Shown piece by piece: positions 10,482-20,153 of a stretch of 64,000 bases of DNA. Below the pieces are notes generated by a model. The model had not been told where the DNA came from. It was given only the letters and a program-made list of their open reading frames with translations, and searched no databases. The stretch comes from Promethearchaeota archaeon (GTDB lineage: Archaea; Asgardarchaeota; Hermodarchaeia; Hermodarchaeales; Hermodarchaeaceae): assembly GCA_048939625.1 (NCBI GenBank), contig JBHLPH010000004.1, forward strand, positions 57,473-121,472, written 5' to 3'. The translations under genes were made by a program, and so were the position numbers. How positions within the stretch are numbered: position 1 is the first letter of the stretch; each line of letters opens with the position of its first letter.

Positions 10482-10673
10482 CGAAAATAAACTCCCGCCT
10501 GTTTATACGATATCTAATAGGCGGAAAGCATTTAATGGGTTTCCCTCGGCTTTAGCACCTTCTTTTTTTCATCGCGATTTCTGTAATCAGGGCTGAGAAG
10601 ACTTTTAAGCAAAGTAGTTTCGTGTTAGCGCCAGTCATGGCAAATGCCATCGTGAGCCGTGAGGGCAGCTGAC

Positions 10674-11471
10674 ATGAAAATCATTGTTCCCATCAAACAG
10701 GTTCCCGAAATCGCAGAAGTCAAAATTGACCCCGAAACCAAAACGCTCATCCGAGCCGGGGTCCCTTCAATCCTCAATCCTTTCGACGAATTCGCTGTCG
10801 AAGAAGCCGTTCGCATCAAAGAACAATTGGGTGAAAGCGAGGTTGTAATCATTACTATGGGCCCACCACAAGCTGAAGAAGCACTGAAAAAATGCCTTGC
10901 CATGGGAGGAGATCGCGCAGTACACCTCTCCGATCGCGCGTTTGCTGGAGCAGATACCTGGGCAACCGCATACACTATCGCCCAAGCTATCAAAACTGAA
11001 GATCCCTATGATCTCATCATTTGTGGAAAACAAGCCATCGACGGAGATACAGCACAAGTCGGTCCTGAAATTGCCGAGATTCTTGGCATTCCCCAGGTCA
11101 CATATGTAGTAAATGTAGAGATAGCTGAAAGTAAGAAAAGAATCAAGGTGAAACGGGAAACTGATGAGGGATTTGAAATCGTCGAATGTCGACTTCCCGC
11201 CCTTCTCACAGCCACAAAGGGCCTCAACGAGCCCCGATTACCGAGTCTAATGGCAATTATGAAGGCGAGTAAAAAAGAAATCAAGCTCGTTACAGCAGAA
11301 GCCCTCGGTGGTGATACTGACCGGTATGGGCTCCCCGGATCACCAACCCAAGTCGTAGAAGTGTTCACTCCTGAACAGCGAACAGGTGGCGTCAAAATTG
11401 ATGGAATCGAAGATCCAGAAGGTGCAGCTAAACAACTCGTTGAGTGGCTGCTGAAAAAAGGAGTGATTTAG
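10674..11471 (+). CDS. etfB: Electron transfer flavoprotein beta subunit
   Basis: KQVP, NPFDEFAVEEA, GADTWATA, GKQAIDGDTAQVGP. Confidence 0.95.
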   Translation: MKIIVPIKQVPEIAEVKIDPETKTLIRAGVPSILNPFDEFAVEEAVRIKEQLGESEVVIITMGPPQAEEALKKCLAMGGDRAVHLSDRAFAGADTWATAYTIAQAIKTEDPYDLIICGKQAIDGDTAQVGPEIAEILGIPQVTYVVNVEIAESKKRIKVKRETDEGFEIVECRLPALLTATKGLNEPRLPSLMAIMKASKKEIKLVTAEALGGDTDRYGLPGSPTQVVEVFTPEQRTGGVKIDGIEDPEGAAKQLVEWLLKKGVI

Positions 11472-11487
11472 CGGAAGGTGATCTATC

Positions 11488-12681
11488 ATGCTAAATATTG
11501 ACAAAGAAAAATGCACTGGTTGCAGCCTCTGTGTGAAAGTCTGCCCCTTTGATGCTATGCATTTGGTTGATGAGAAAGCAGAAGCTGACGAAAAATGCAC
11601 CCTCTGTGGCGCTTGTGTGAAAGTCTGCCCTGTCAATGCATTATCAATAGAACGTAAACGTGTGGATCCCTCTAAATTCACGGAATATAAAGGAGTCTGG
11701 GTCTGGGCAGAACAAGTCGATGGCCAACTCCGCAATGTCGTCTTAGAGTTGCTCGGGAAAGGGCGTGAACTAGCAGACAAACTTGGTGAACCCCTAGGTG
11801 CAGTTCTCCTTGGGCATAATGTCGGAAGCCTGCCCGAAACCCTCATCCAACATGGAGCAGATATCGTTTATATTAGTGACCAAGAGATGCTAGCACAATA
11901 CACAACGGAAGCTTATACCGATGTGATTGCAGCCTTGATTGTCACCGAGAAACCCAACATTATCTTATATGGTGCAACAGGCAATGGCCGAGACCTTGGT
12001 CCTCGCATCGCAGCAAGGCTCATTCTCGGCTTGACCGCTGATTGTACCGGTCTGGACATCGACGATAAACGCCAGCTCGTCCAAACTCGTCCCGCGTTTG
12101 GCGGTAACATCATGGCCTCCATTCTTAGTCCTTATACTAGACCCCAGATGGCAACAGTCCGCCCTAACGTCTTCAAAGTCCCCGAACTGGATTCTTCCAG
12201 GAAAGGGGAAATCAAACATGTGGATATCAAGGTTAACAAAGCTGCGGTCCGAACAAAGATTGTAAACACTATTATTGAAATGGAAGAAGGCGCTCTGAAA
12301 GTTGATGAAGCTGAAATTGTCGTCACCTGTGGACGTGGAATCAAAGAACCACAAAATATCGAAGTCGTCGCTGAACTCGCTAACGAATTAAACGCCGCCT
12401 TAGGTGGTTCTCGCCCAATTGTTGATCAAGGTTGGATGAAGCACCATCAGCAGGTCGGCCAATCTGGACGCACCATTGCTCCAAAACTCTACATCGCTTG
12501 CGGAATTAGTGGGGCCATACAGCACCTGGTAGGCATGCGAACGAGTGACGTCATCGTCGCCATTAACACAGATCCTGATGCTCCGATTCATACAGTGTCT
12601 GACTTTTCCATTGTTGGTGACATCTTCAAGATCGTCCCTGCAATTGTCAAAGAGTTGAAGCATGTTAAAGCTCAGAAATAG
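11488..12681 (+). CDS. etfA: Electron transfer flavoprotein alpha subunit with N-terminal 2x[4Fe-4S] ferredoxin domain
   Basis: Two CxxCxxCxxxCP motifs; GLTADCT, RPAFGG, QVGQSG, GISGAIQH. Confidence 0.95.
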   Translation: MLNIDKEKCTGCSLCVKVCPFDAMHLVDEKAEADEKCTLCGACVKVCPVNALSIERKRVDPSKFTEYKGVWVWAEQVDGQLRNVVLELLGKGRELADKLGEPLGAVLLGHNVGSLPETLIQHGADIVYISDQEMLAQYTTEAYTDVIAALIVTEKPNIILYGATGNGRDLGPRIAARLILGLTADCTGLDIDDKRQLVQTRPAFGGNIMASILSPYTRPQMATVRPNVFKVPELDSSRKGEIKHVDIKVNKAAVRTKIVNTIIEMEEGALKVDEAEIVVTCGRGIKEPQNIEVVAELANELNAALGGSRPIVDQGWMKHHQQVGQSGRTIAPKLYIACGISGAIQHLVGMRTSDVIVAINTDPDAPIHTVSDFSIVGDIFKIVPAIVKELKHVKAQK

Positions 12682-12757
12682 ATTTTATGCAGGATTGGTA
12701 GTAGTCAATCCTAATGATTCTTGAGTTCTAACTGGCAGAATTAAAACTAGTGGGTCT

Positions 12758-13197
12758 TTGAACCGATCAGTGCTTAATGCCGTTGGTTTGTTAGCTCTCT
12801 GTTGCATTCCACTAGCTCTAATTGGTGTAATCGTATACAGCCGTTCAACTATAACCCCGAATGATCAATTTTTTACGCTACAAATTTCCGAGATTCCACA
12901 TCTGAATATTTCATCATGGCGATTGGTTGTTGATGGACAAGTTACAAATCCCCTTAACTTAACCTATAACGAAGTACTTGTCCTTCATCCTATTTCATTA
13001 ATCGCGACGTTACAGTGCGTGGAAGGAATTGCTGCAACGGCTGAATGGAAGGGTGTAAAACTTGGGGATGTACTTGACCTCGCCCAGAGCAATTCAGCAT
13101 TATTCGACGTCATCTTTATGGATTCGTCCTGTTAACCGTAACTATTGTTACGGGCTTTCTCCTGACTCTGGGAGGTAGTTTTCTTTATATCTACTAA
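12758..13197 (+). pseudogene. Truncated molybdopterin-dependent oxidoreductase (sulfite oxidase/MsrP family)
   Basis: PNDQFF...WRLVVDG.V..PL.LTY...LQCVEG...WKGVKL is only the first half of the domain; stops at 13135; a TM-like tail follows in another frame to TAA 13195-13197. Confidence 0.7.
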
Positions 13198-13214
13198 CGG
13201 ACTGCTTTTGTGGA

Positions 13215-13661
13215 CTATGCTTCGAGTGGTTTTGTAGCGACAATCCCTGCAATGAAGACAAGAAGTCCTGGGAGCCAACTCGAGAGTATGAGGCCTAGCC
13301 AGAAGGGAGGCCAAGTGGTGCCAAAGAGGGTAAAGGCTAGAAAACCAGGGATAAGACCGCAGAGGATCAATGCAAGTAGACCTGTGATGATAAGCCAGAG
13401 TCTACTTCGTCCGGGTATGCTCGCCATGACGAACCAAATAATCATGAAAATAAAGCCCAAGACGACCGTTAGAAACATCCAGGCCATTGTCGTCGTTGCT
13501 AGGTCCAAGAGTGGATCACCGGGTGTAAATATTGAGCCAAGGATAATGACGACAAAGATAATGAAGCCAAAGAAGCCATTGGTGACCAGATAGATGAGTT
13601 GGAGGATTGCGCCGAGGATGATGAAGATCCTGGCGATTGTATTTCTTTCCACCATGATCAC
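13215..13661 (-). CDS. Hypothetical multi-pass membrane protein
   Basis: About four hydrophobic segments; GGAGGTG upstream of the second ATG. Confidence 0.75.
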   Translation of the reverse strand: MIMVERNTIARIFIILGAILQLIYLVTNGFFGFIIFVVIILGSIFTPGDPLLDLATTTMAWMFLTVVLGFIFMIIWFVMASIPGRSRLWLIITGLLALILCGLIPGFLAFTLFGTTWPPFWLGLILSSWLPGLLVFIAGIVATKPLEA

Positions 13662-13749
13662 CTCCCTGAATCGTGATAAGTAATTGCTATTCAGGTCTGT
13701 AAAGTATTAAAATCGAGAGGGTCATGGCGTAGAATTATCTTTTGAAACC

Positions 13750-14520
13750 TTATTTATGGGCAAGAGAAACGAGATTTCGGCTGGTGGAGGGAGAGAAGGG
13801 GGTCTGTTGGTAATCTGCGTAGTATTGGAGCCGTTTAAACTCAACTGTTCTGAGAAGCTGGGTCAGGTGGGCTTGAGTGAGCTGAAGAACGGGCTGTTCA
13901 CGAGTTTTGGTTTTCCAGCCGGTTTCAGTTTTTACAAATGCTGAAAACACCATGGTTGTTGTAATTTCGTTAGATAAATCTTCAAAAAATCGTGCAAAAA
14001 TCACCTCATTCCCTGCAGTTGTGAATCCAGCTTTGAGGGGAAAGAAGCGGAAGTGGGTAGTTCGTATTTCTTCGAAGTTAAGTATCTGAGAAACAAAAAT
14101 GCCATCCTTAGAGAGCAAGGATTTGACTCCTTGAAGGGCTGTTTTCAAAGCATCAATCGAGGGGAGAAGCGCCAGTGAATTACCTAGGCATAATATAAGA
14201 TCAAATGGACTCGTCACGGTTGTTTTCGCATTCTGCATATCGGCAGTGTGGAATTGGACCCTAACTTTGCTTTTCTCGGCATGGCGAGTAGCTGCAGCAA
14301 TCATTTCTGAACTTATATCCAGACCAATTACATCATGGCCTCTCTGAGCTAAAGCAACGGCGTGGCGTCCGCTGCCACAAGCTAAGTCGAGAATTCGGGC
14401 TTTTGTTTGGTCCTTTATGAGGCTATTAATAAAGGGAAGTTCCCGCTGAAGTCGTTGCTCCCAGTCTATGGATTGGTCATAGACGAGTGCGAGTTCATCA
14501 AAGACAGGCATTTTCATCAA
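13750..14520 (-). CDS. Class I SAM-dependent methyltransferase
   Basis: ILDLACGSGRH, GLDISSEM, FDLILCLGNSL. Confidence 0.92.
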   Translation of the reverse strand: MMKMPVFDELALVYDQSIDWEQRLQRELPFINSLIKDQTKARILDLACGSGRHAVALAQRGHDVIGLDISSEMIAAATRHAEKSKVRVQFHTADMQNAKTTVTSPFDLILCLGNSLALLPSIDALKTALQGVKSLLSKDGIFVSQILNFEEIRTTHFRFFPLKAGFTTAGNEVIFARFFEDLSNEITTTMVFSAFVKTETGWKTKTREQPVLQLTQAHLTQLLRTVEFKRLQYYADYQQTPFSPSTSRNLVSLAHK

Positions 14521-15590
14521 CCAGATTTGGAGGAGGTTTTAGTCTCCCAAAACTTGTCGGGATCCAATGGGACATCATTAAAGGTGCGTTTTGTGTAGGG
14601 GCAAACTGCAATACAAGTGGAGCAATCACCGCCATTATCGCACCAGAATTCATAGCAGAGTTCAGCATTGACTGGCCATTTTAAAACGCCCGGATTATTG
14701 GATTTACAGGAGGGAGTAAAGGTAGGTTCATCCTCTTTGGAAATGGCGTCGACTTCGCAGGCTTCTGCACAACATTTACAACTACTACAGAATTCGGTGA
14801 CTCCGAAGTCAATGGGTTGGTCGTAATGGAGGGGGAGGTTCGTGAAGATTTTACAGAGGCGCACACGTGCTCCAAATTTGGGAGTGATGAGGAGACCATG
14901 ACGTCCCAGTTGTCCAAGACCAGCATCAATTGCAAGGGGAATACTAAGTCCTGTGTCGTTGGCACATTGAATTGCTGTGTACCCGAAATTACGGATAAAT
15001 TCACCGAGAAGAGCAAGAACGAAACCCATTCGGGAATAACCAACACCAGTGGCGGCAGCTGCAGGGATAGCTGGAGAGGTGGCAATGCCTTCGGGATCCA
15101 TATGAATAGCCATGACGATGGCTGAAGTACAATCCTCTGGAATATCAGTATTAGCATAAATCCAATTGGAATTAACTTGGCAAATCCCGACGAGAGAAGC
15201 ACCATATAGGAAGGCCGCTCGTTTAACATAAGCACTCATCTTGAGGGGTTCGGGGACTTCGAAGTCAATTTTCGATAAATCATGGTCCAGTTCTGCTGCA
15301 GGTTCACGAAATTTCGAAATTCGAGAGTGTGCAAAGGTGCCCTTGTAGGTATCGTGGAGGGTCCAAGCGGCTTCCTCTAGGGCAAAATCGACGTGGGAAT
15401 AACCCGGTTTCGGGTGTCGAATGAGCTCGGGAACCCGTTCATCGATCATCCGTTGATGACCTGGCCACTGGGAATCCGAATACACGCGGTTGAAAATTAA
15501 GTTATCGAGATTATAACGTGCAAGCTGTTCATCATTAATTGTGTAGGGAGGGTTCTTAACTTGCCTGATATGCTTGATGGGGATTCCCAT
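14517..15590 (-). CDS. Reductive dehalogenase (RdhA) family cobalamin/Fe-S protein, no Tat signal
   Basis: GASLVGI, SIPLAIDAGLGQLGRHGLLITPKFG.RVRL, PIDFGVTEFCSSCKCCAEAC, KWPVNAELC..FW...DCSTCIAVCPY. Confidence 0.85.
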   Translation of the reverse strand: MGIPIKHIRQVKNPPYTINDEQLARYNLDNLIFNRVYSDSQWPGHQRMIDERVPELIRHPKPGYSHVDFALEEAAWTLHDTYKGTFAHSRISKFREPAAELDHDLSKIDFEVPEPLKMSAYVKRAAFLYGASLVGICQVNSNWIYANTDIPEDCTSAIVMAIHMDPEGIATSPAIPAAAATGVGYSRMGFVLALLGEFIRNFGYTAIQCANDTGLSIPLAIDAGLGQLGRHGLLITPKFGARVRLCKIFTNLPLHYDQPIDFGVTEFCSSCKCCAEACEVDAISKEDEPTFTPSCKSNNPGVLKWPVNAELCYEFWCDNGGDCSTCIAVCPYTKRTFNDVPLDPDKFWETKTSSKSG

Positions 15591-15887
15591 GAAGATTCCA
15601 CCTTATGTGTAATTGTGTCTTGAGGCTTTTGAACGTTCACTACTGACCACTCGTGGCCTTGAAGGTTTCAACGAAATGAAACACTTCAGTAGAGGTGTTG
15701 TAGAAAGAACCGGAGCAACACAGATTACATCAGGTTTGCGCCAATCACACAAAATATCAGCTTTTATGAGGTGCCCAAATAGAGCTTTATGGCATAGGAT
15801 GGGCTAGTGCCATATTTTATAATCCAACATCAACTGCAGGTAGTGTCTTCTAAGCGCTACACGGTGAACAGAAGAAGTTCAGGTCTG

Positions 15888-17075
15888 CTAGAAGAAAAAG
15901 GCGTCTTCATCCTCGTCTTCGGATTCCTCAGGAGCAGCTTCTTCAGGGGCAGATTCTTTTGTTGTCTCAGAGGATTCGGCTACATCAAAGATAATGGGAG
16001 TTCGGGTTTCCTTAGAGGAAGAGTCTGTCTCAGGTTCGGGTTCTTCCTTAACGACTTCCTCTGGGACTTCTTCTGGTTCAGGAACCGGAGGAATTGGTGG
16101 AGGCGTATCTTCCGTTTCAGAGGGTTCAGTTGGTGTCTCTTCAGCATCTTCAGTTTCATCCTCTTCTTCAGGAAGCTCTTCAGCTACTGGTTCACGAACT
16201 GATGGTTCGATTTCTGCGGGTTCAAAAGTTTCTGCAATTGACTCCTCTTCCTCCTCTTCCTCCTCTTCCTCCTCTTCCTCCTCTTCCTCCTCTTCCTCCT
16301 CTTCGTCCTCTTCGTCGTCATCTTCAGCTTCTATTTCAGTAAAAGGAGTGAGTGTAATGTCTCCATCCTTGACCTCATACAGGTAGAGTAGAGGATCAAA
16401 GTCGATTCCTCGCATTTTCTCGATTTGACAGGCGCTCTGCCACCCCTCCTCGTCATAAATCTTGTAGAGGGCAATTACTCCATCAACGATGTGTTCAAGG
16501 CGTCGAAGATCTTCTTCATCGTGGGCTTCCCTAGCGATTATGTACAGAAGAATGTTGCCATGATTTTTCTGTGCACTCATCTGGTGATGCAAATAGCTCA
16601 TCACTTCATCGGGTTCACGGGCTGCATAAATAATGGAGGTTAACGAGTCGAAAACACCACGAAGATTATTTTCTGGTTTTAAGGTAAGGACGACTCGACG
16701 AATCACATCATAGACTTGTCGTGAATTCCCGATATCATGCACTGAAAAGTCGCTTTCGGGTTCAAACTCTCGCCACCCGAACGCATCCGTGAACGCATCG
16801 ATTCCAATCAACTGTTGGTTTTTTAATGCATCATCGACATCGATGCCCTTGGAGCGCAAATGCTCGTAGGCAAAGCGGAGGGGATATTCGGTGCAAAGGA
16901 GGTAGGCTAGTTCACTATTGTTAAGTCCGGTGGCCAGAAAGTTCGAGATGAAGGCATCTGGTCGTGTGCCGGGGTCAATTTCAAGTAAGACAACGTATCC
17001 ACGTGGAATACCACCACCGAGGGCGTCGTCGAGGACTGGAATACCGAGGGGTGTTTTGTCTGTCATACTTTCCAC
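15888..17075 (-). CDS. KaiC/RAD55-like RecA-fold protein with degenerate Walker A and long acidic tail
   Basis: LGIPVLDDALGGGIPRG, RGVFDSLT, HIVDGVI, IEKMRG; P-loop reads EIDPGTRP. Confidence 0.8.
   Translation of the reverse strand: MESMTDKTPLGIPVLDDALGGGIPRGYVVLLEIDPGTRPDAFISNFLATGLNNSELAYLLCTEYPLRFAYEHLRSKGIDVDDALKNQQLIGIDAFTDAFGWREFEPESDFSVHDIGNSRQVYDVIRRVVLTLKPENNLRGVFDSLTSIIYAAREPDEVMSYLHHQMSAQKNHGNILLYIIAREAHDEEDLRRLEHIVDGVIALYKIYDEEGWQSACQIEKMRGIDFDPLLYLYEVKDGDITLTPFTEIEAEDDDEEDEEEEEEEEEEEEEEEEEEEEESIAETFEPAEIEPSVREPVAEELPEEEDETEDAEETPTEPSETEDTPPPIPPVPEPEEVPEEVVKEEPEPETDSSSKETRTPIIFDVAESSETTKESAPEEAAPEESEDEDEDAFFF
16242..16304. repeat. Seven perfect 9-nt tandem repeats (CTCCTCTTC) encoding a 21-Glu run
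   Basis: Counted directly; a degenerate eighth copy follows. Confidence 0.9.
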
Positions 17076-17208
17076 TAGAATGCCCGAGACAATTCTCTGT
17101 GAAAAACATTATGGTCTCCTTCGTTTGAGCTTCGTTGAAGTAAGGTTAATTAAGTGACTTTTCTAAGGTCAGAGTGCAGCAAAGGTCTTTGCTGGAGGCT
17201 ACAGAAAC

Positions 17209-17385
17209 ATGTCTAAACAGCAATTAACGTGTCCACTCTGTGGAAACACAACTTTCAGAAAAGAAGAAGGCCGCATGGATAGTAAATGGGGCTTTACCAG
17301 CCACAAAATTACGCTCATGGTCTGTGAACAGTGCAGATTCATCATGCAGTTTTCGAAGGGTCGATCCATCTTCGACTTCGATTAA
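17209..17385 (+). CDS. Small Zn-ribbon protein (58 aa)
   Basis: Read by hand: MSKQQLTCPLCGNTTFRKEEGRMDSKWGFTSHKITLMVCEQCRFIMQFSKGRSIFDFD; GGAGG upstream; two CxxC. Confidence 0.85.
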   Translation: MSKQQLTCPLCGNTTFRKEEGRMDSKWGFTSHKITLMVCEQCRFIMQFSKGRSIFDFD

Positions 17386-17831
17386 GAATAATCTCGAGTA
17401 TAATGCTCAGAATCCTCAACAATATTGTAGCGGTTTCCATCGAGGTCCTCAAACCCAGCCATCATACCCCCCCAGGGCATCTCTTCTGGCAACATGAAAA
17501 ACCGGACCCCCCGCTCTTTCATTTTCTTATAGAAGCCATCGATGTCATGTGTTTCAAATGTAATACCAGTATTGCGTCCAATCTGGTTCAGTTGCCATTC
17601 ATACATGATTGGGTCTGCATCAGGACTTGGTTCGACTAAAGCAATTTTTGCTCGTTCGTCAGCTGGACCCAATTCCACCCACCCAAACCGTGGAGCATCT
17701 AAAATGACTGGGATTTCCAACACGTCATGGAAAAATGCAATCGCTTCTTCTTGGTTTGACACAAAGACACGAACCGTCCAAACTCGATGAATTTCATCCT
17801 TAGACTCTATGTGTTTCGGCATAATGACCAC
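17382..17831 (-). CDS. VOC/glyoxalase family protein
   Basis: VSNQEEAIAFFHDVL, GITFETHDID, PEEMPWGG...FEDLDGN. Confidence 0.9.
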   Translation of the reverse strand: MVIMPKHIESKDEIHRVWTVRVFVSNQEEAIAFFHDVLEIPVILDAPRFGWVELGPADERAKIALVEPSPDADPIMYEWQLNQIGRNTGITFETHDIDGFYKKMKERGVRFFMLPEEMPWGGMMAGFEDLDGNRYNIVEDSEHYTRDYS

Positions 17832-17905
17832 ACTTCATACGCCTCACATTTTCAACGACATAACTTTTACTGTACAGTTACATCCCACAAACACAAAGCA
17901 TCATC

Positions 17906-18355
17906 TTGGCTGAGTATACTGCTCACTTGTTGTTGGAATCGCGAAAGGCTGAAAGTCTCAAGCTAGACAAAGGCTTTAATAGAGCGAGCACCGGAGTGCC
18001 GCTGTCAACCCTCGAATGCGAGGTAGACTGGCAAGAATCACTTGTTTCAGAGGAATTGAAAAACATCATAATTTCTAATTCTCAGCCGTTATTAGAAGAT
18101 GAAATAAAAGTAGCAGGTTCTTTAGGAATCCAATTGATAAAATTCGTAAGTAAAATCTGTCTGTACGAGAAAACGGAGTGTGTTTCAGTAATTTGGACTG
18201 CATCCACTTCGACACGGAAGGACACTATTAGATTTGGTCTATTTGCTCCTCCGAATTGCGACAGAAAATCGAATACGTTCACCAGATGGTTACTCAAACA
18301 ACAGAAAGAAGTTATTCAACTTGCAATTGGTGAATTGATTTCAGAATCTTCTTGA
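17906..18355 (+). CDS. Hypothetical protein
   Basis: 149-aa ORF filling the intergenic gap; no motif recognised. Confidence 0.5.
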   Translation: MAEYTAHLLLESRKAESLKLDKGFNRASTGVPLSTLECEVDWQESLVSEELKNIIISNSQPLLEDEIKVAGSLGIQLIKFVSKICLYEKTECVSVIWTASTSTRKDTIRFGLFAPPNCDRKSNTFTRWLLKQQKEVIQLAIGELISESS

Positions 18356-18444
18356 ATTTGTAAAAAAAATGGGCAACCGTAAAGACTTTTAGACACCACA
18401 ACAGTGAATGCGCTGTATATTTCAAATTCTGAGGATGATAGATA

Positions 18445-19674
18445 ATGGATTTTGAGTTTTCACAGGATGAACAACTTTTCCGAGATACTGTCCGGGACTT
18501 TGCCCAAAAAGAAATCCGTCCTCATACACGGGAAATGGATGAAACGGGCACACTACCCAAGGGCCTCGTCAAAAAGATGGCGGATCTTGGCCTCCTGGGT
18601 ATCACAATTCCAGAAAAATACGGTGGACCTGGTGGAAACTTCATGTTAGCCTGTATTGCCGCTGAGGAACTCGCACGGGGGGATTTAAGCATCGCGATCC
18701 CAGTCTTTTATCTCGTCGAAGCAAGCTGGGCCTGTGTCTTTGCCCGCCACGGTACCGAAGAGGCTAAGCAAGAAATTCTTCCCAAAGTTGCCAAAGGAGA
18801 ATATTTCTTTGGCATAGCCACGACTGAACCCGGTGGAGGGAGTGATATTGTAGGTGCCACCAAAACCACCATTGCTGAAAATGAGGACAAATACGTCGTA
18901 AACGGTGAGAAGGTCTACATCAGTGGAGTTCGCGAATCCACCACCGAAATGCAAGGCCGCTACTTCACTACCGGATACCTCGACAAGCAAGCGTCTCCGA
19001 AGCATCGTGGTATTGCTGCCTTCATCTTACCCGTCGAAAAAGATACCCCCGGTCTCACCCCCACCCTCTTCGAGGATTGGGGCCGGATGGGCATCAGCAC
19101 TGGTGGCTTTGCCATGGACAATGTTGAGATTCCTAAGCATTGGCTAATCGGCGAACCCAACAAGGGATTCGTGTACGCTATGGAAGGCTTCTCCGCGGCC
19201 CGTGTCATCATCGGCGCCACCTGTATTGGTGCCGCCCTCGAAGGACTGGAAATCGGTATGAACTATGTTCGCCAACGCAAAGCCTTCGGCAAAGAACTCG
19301 GTAAATACGAAGGCATCAGCTTCCCCCTCGCCGAATGGTACAGCAAACTCATGGGCGACCGCCTCGTCATGTACAAAGCTGCCTGGCTCATGGACCAAGT
19401 CTATGCCGGCAACACCAAATACAACCACTTCGACGTCGCCCTCTGGACCGCCATGGCCAAACTCCGTGCCCCTATCGACGCCTTCGCAATCCTTAACGAA
19501 GTCGCTGACTGGCACGGCGCATTCGCATACACAAAGGAATCTGAGTTGGATCTGGGCATTCGCGGTGTCCGTAGCTACTCGATTGGCGCTGAAGGCGGCA
19601 TGAATATCATGCGGCTCATTATCGGTCGTGAGCTGCTTGGAAAAGAGTTTGTGCCCTACGATCGTCCGGAATAG
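18445..19674 (+). CDS. Acyl-CoA dehydrogenase
   Basis: GLLGITIPEKYGG, TEPGGGSD, NGEKVYIS, RKAFGK, IGAEGG. Confidence 0.95.
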   Translation: MDFEFSQDEQLFRDTVRDFAQKEIRPHTREMDETGTLPKGLVKKMADLGLLGITIPEKYGGPGGNFMLACIAAEELARGDLSIAIPVFYLVEASWACVFARHGTEEAKQEILPKVAKGEYFFGIATTEPGGGSDIVGATKTTIAENEDKYVVNGEKVYISGVRESTTEMQGRYFTTGYLDKQASPKHRGIAAFILPVEKDTPGLTPTLFEDWGRMGISTGGFAMDNVEIPKHWLIGEPNKGFVYAMEGFSAARVIIGATCIGAALEGLEIGMNYVRQRKAFGKELGKYEGISFPLAEWYSKLMGDRLVMYKAAWLMDQVYAGNTKYNHFDVALWTAMAKLRAPIDAFAILNEVADWHGAFAYTKESELDLGIRGVRSYSIGAEGGMNIMRLIIGRELLGKEFVPYDRPE

Positions 19675-19889
19675 GATTTAGTGAGTGCTGTTTTTGCACT
19701 CCTGCATATCCTCTTGAATGAAAGCCTGAGAAGAGAGTGCCACTGGTTAGTAATATTTCTAAAGGCATTCGGTCGGCTAACAACCTTAATTGATTATTAT
19801 GTAGTGTTGGTCTAATTACTTTACATTTGTCAAAATAACCTAACACTTATTTATTACAAGAGCTGGAGTAGTTCACGGAGGGATGAACA

Positions 19890-20078
19890 ATAGGTTGGCC
19901 AACTTGGACAAATCCGACAACCATTGATGGACCCAGCCAATTCCAGCTTTGGAGTTTGTGGTACTTCGATATTATCGTAATACTGCTCCTTGCGATCCTC
20001 GCCGTTGAAAGTTATCGAGCTTGGAAATGCTTTGAAGCTTGTAAAAGACTAGCGAAAGAGAAAGACAAGAAAGAGTAA
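19890..20078 (+). CDS. Putative single-TM leader peptide A (62 aa from ATA; alternative TTG at 19956)
   Basis: (I)GWPTWTNPTTIDGPSQFQLWSLWYFDIIVILLLAILAVESYRAWKCFEACKRLAKEKDKKE; GGAGGG 7 nt upstream; similar to 24301-24429. Confidence 0.6.
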   Translation: MGWPTWTNPTTIDGPSQFQLWSLWYFDIIVILLLAILAVESYRAWKCFEACKRLAKEKDKKE

Positions 20079-20133
20079 AGACTAGTACAATAATCACCTC
20101 AGAGATTCAAACGAACAGCGATTTTCGATTACG

Positions 20134-20153
20134 CCCTCCAGCTCCCTTTTTTT
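20134..20153 (+). terminator. Anti-SD pyrimidine tract plus T7 terminator/attenuator before the S8 protease
   Basis: CCCTCCAGCTCCC followed by TTTTTTT (20147-20153). Confidence 0.55.

Noticed and set aside
16242-16313. Repeat array as CRISPR or mobile repeat
   Set aside because: No spacers; it is an in-frame coding microsatellite
18900-19520. C-ending codon enrichment and long alternative-frame ORFs within the acyl-CoA dehydrogenase
   Set aside because: Explained by codon bias; no evidence of an overlapping gene
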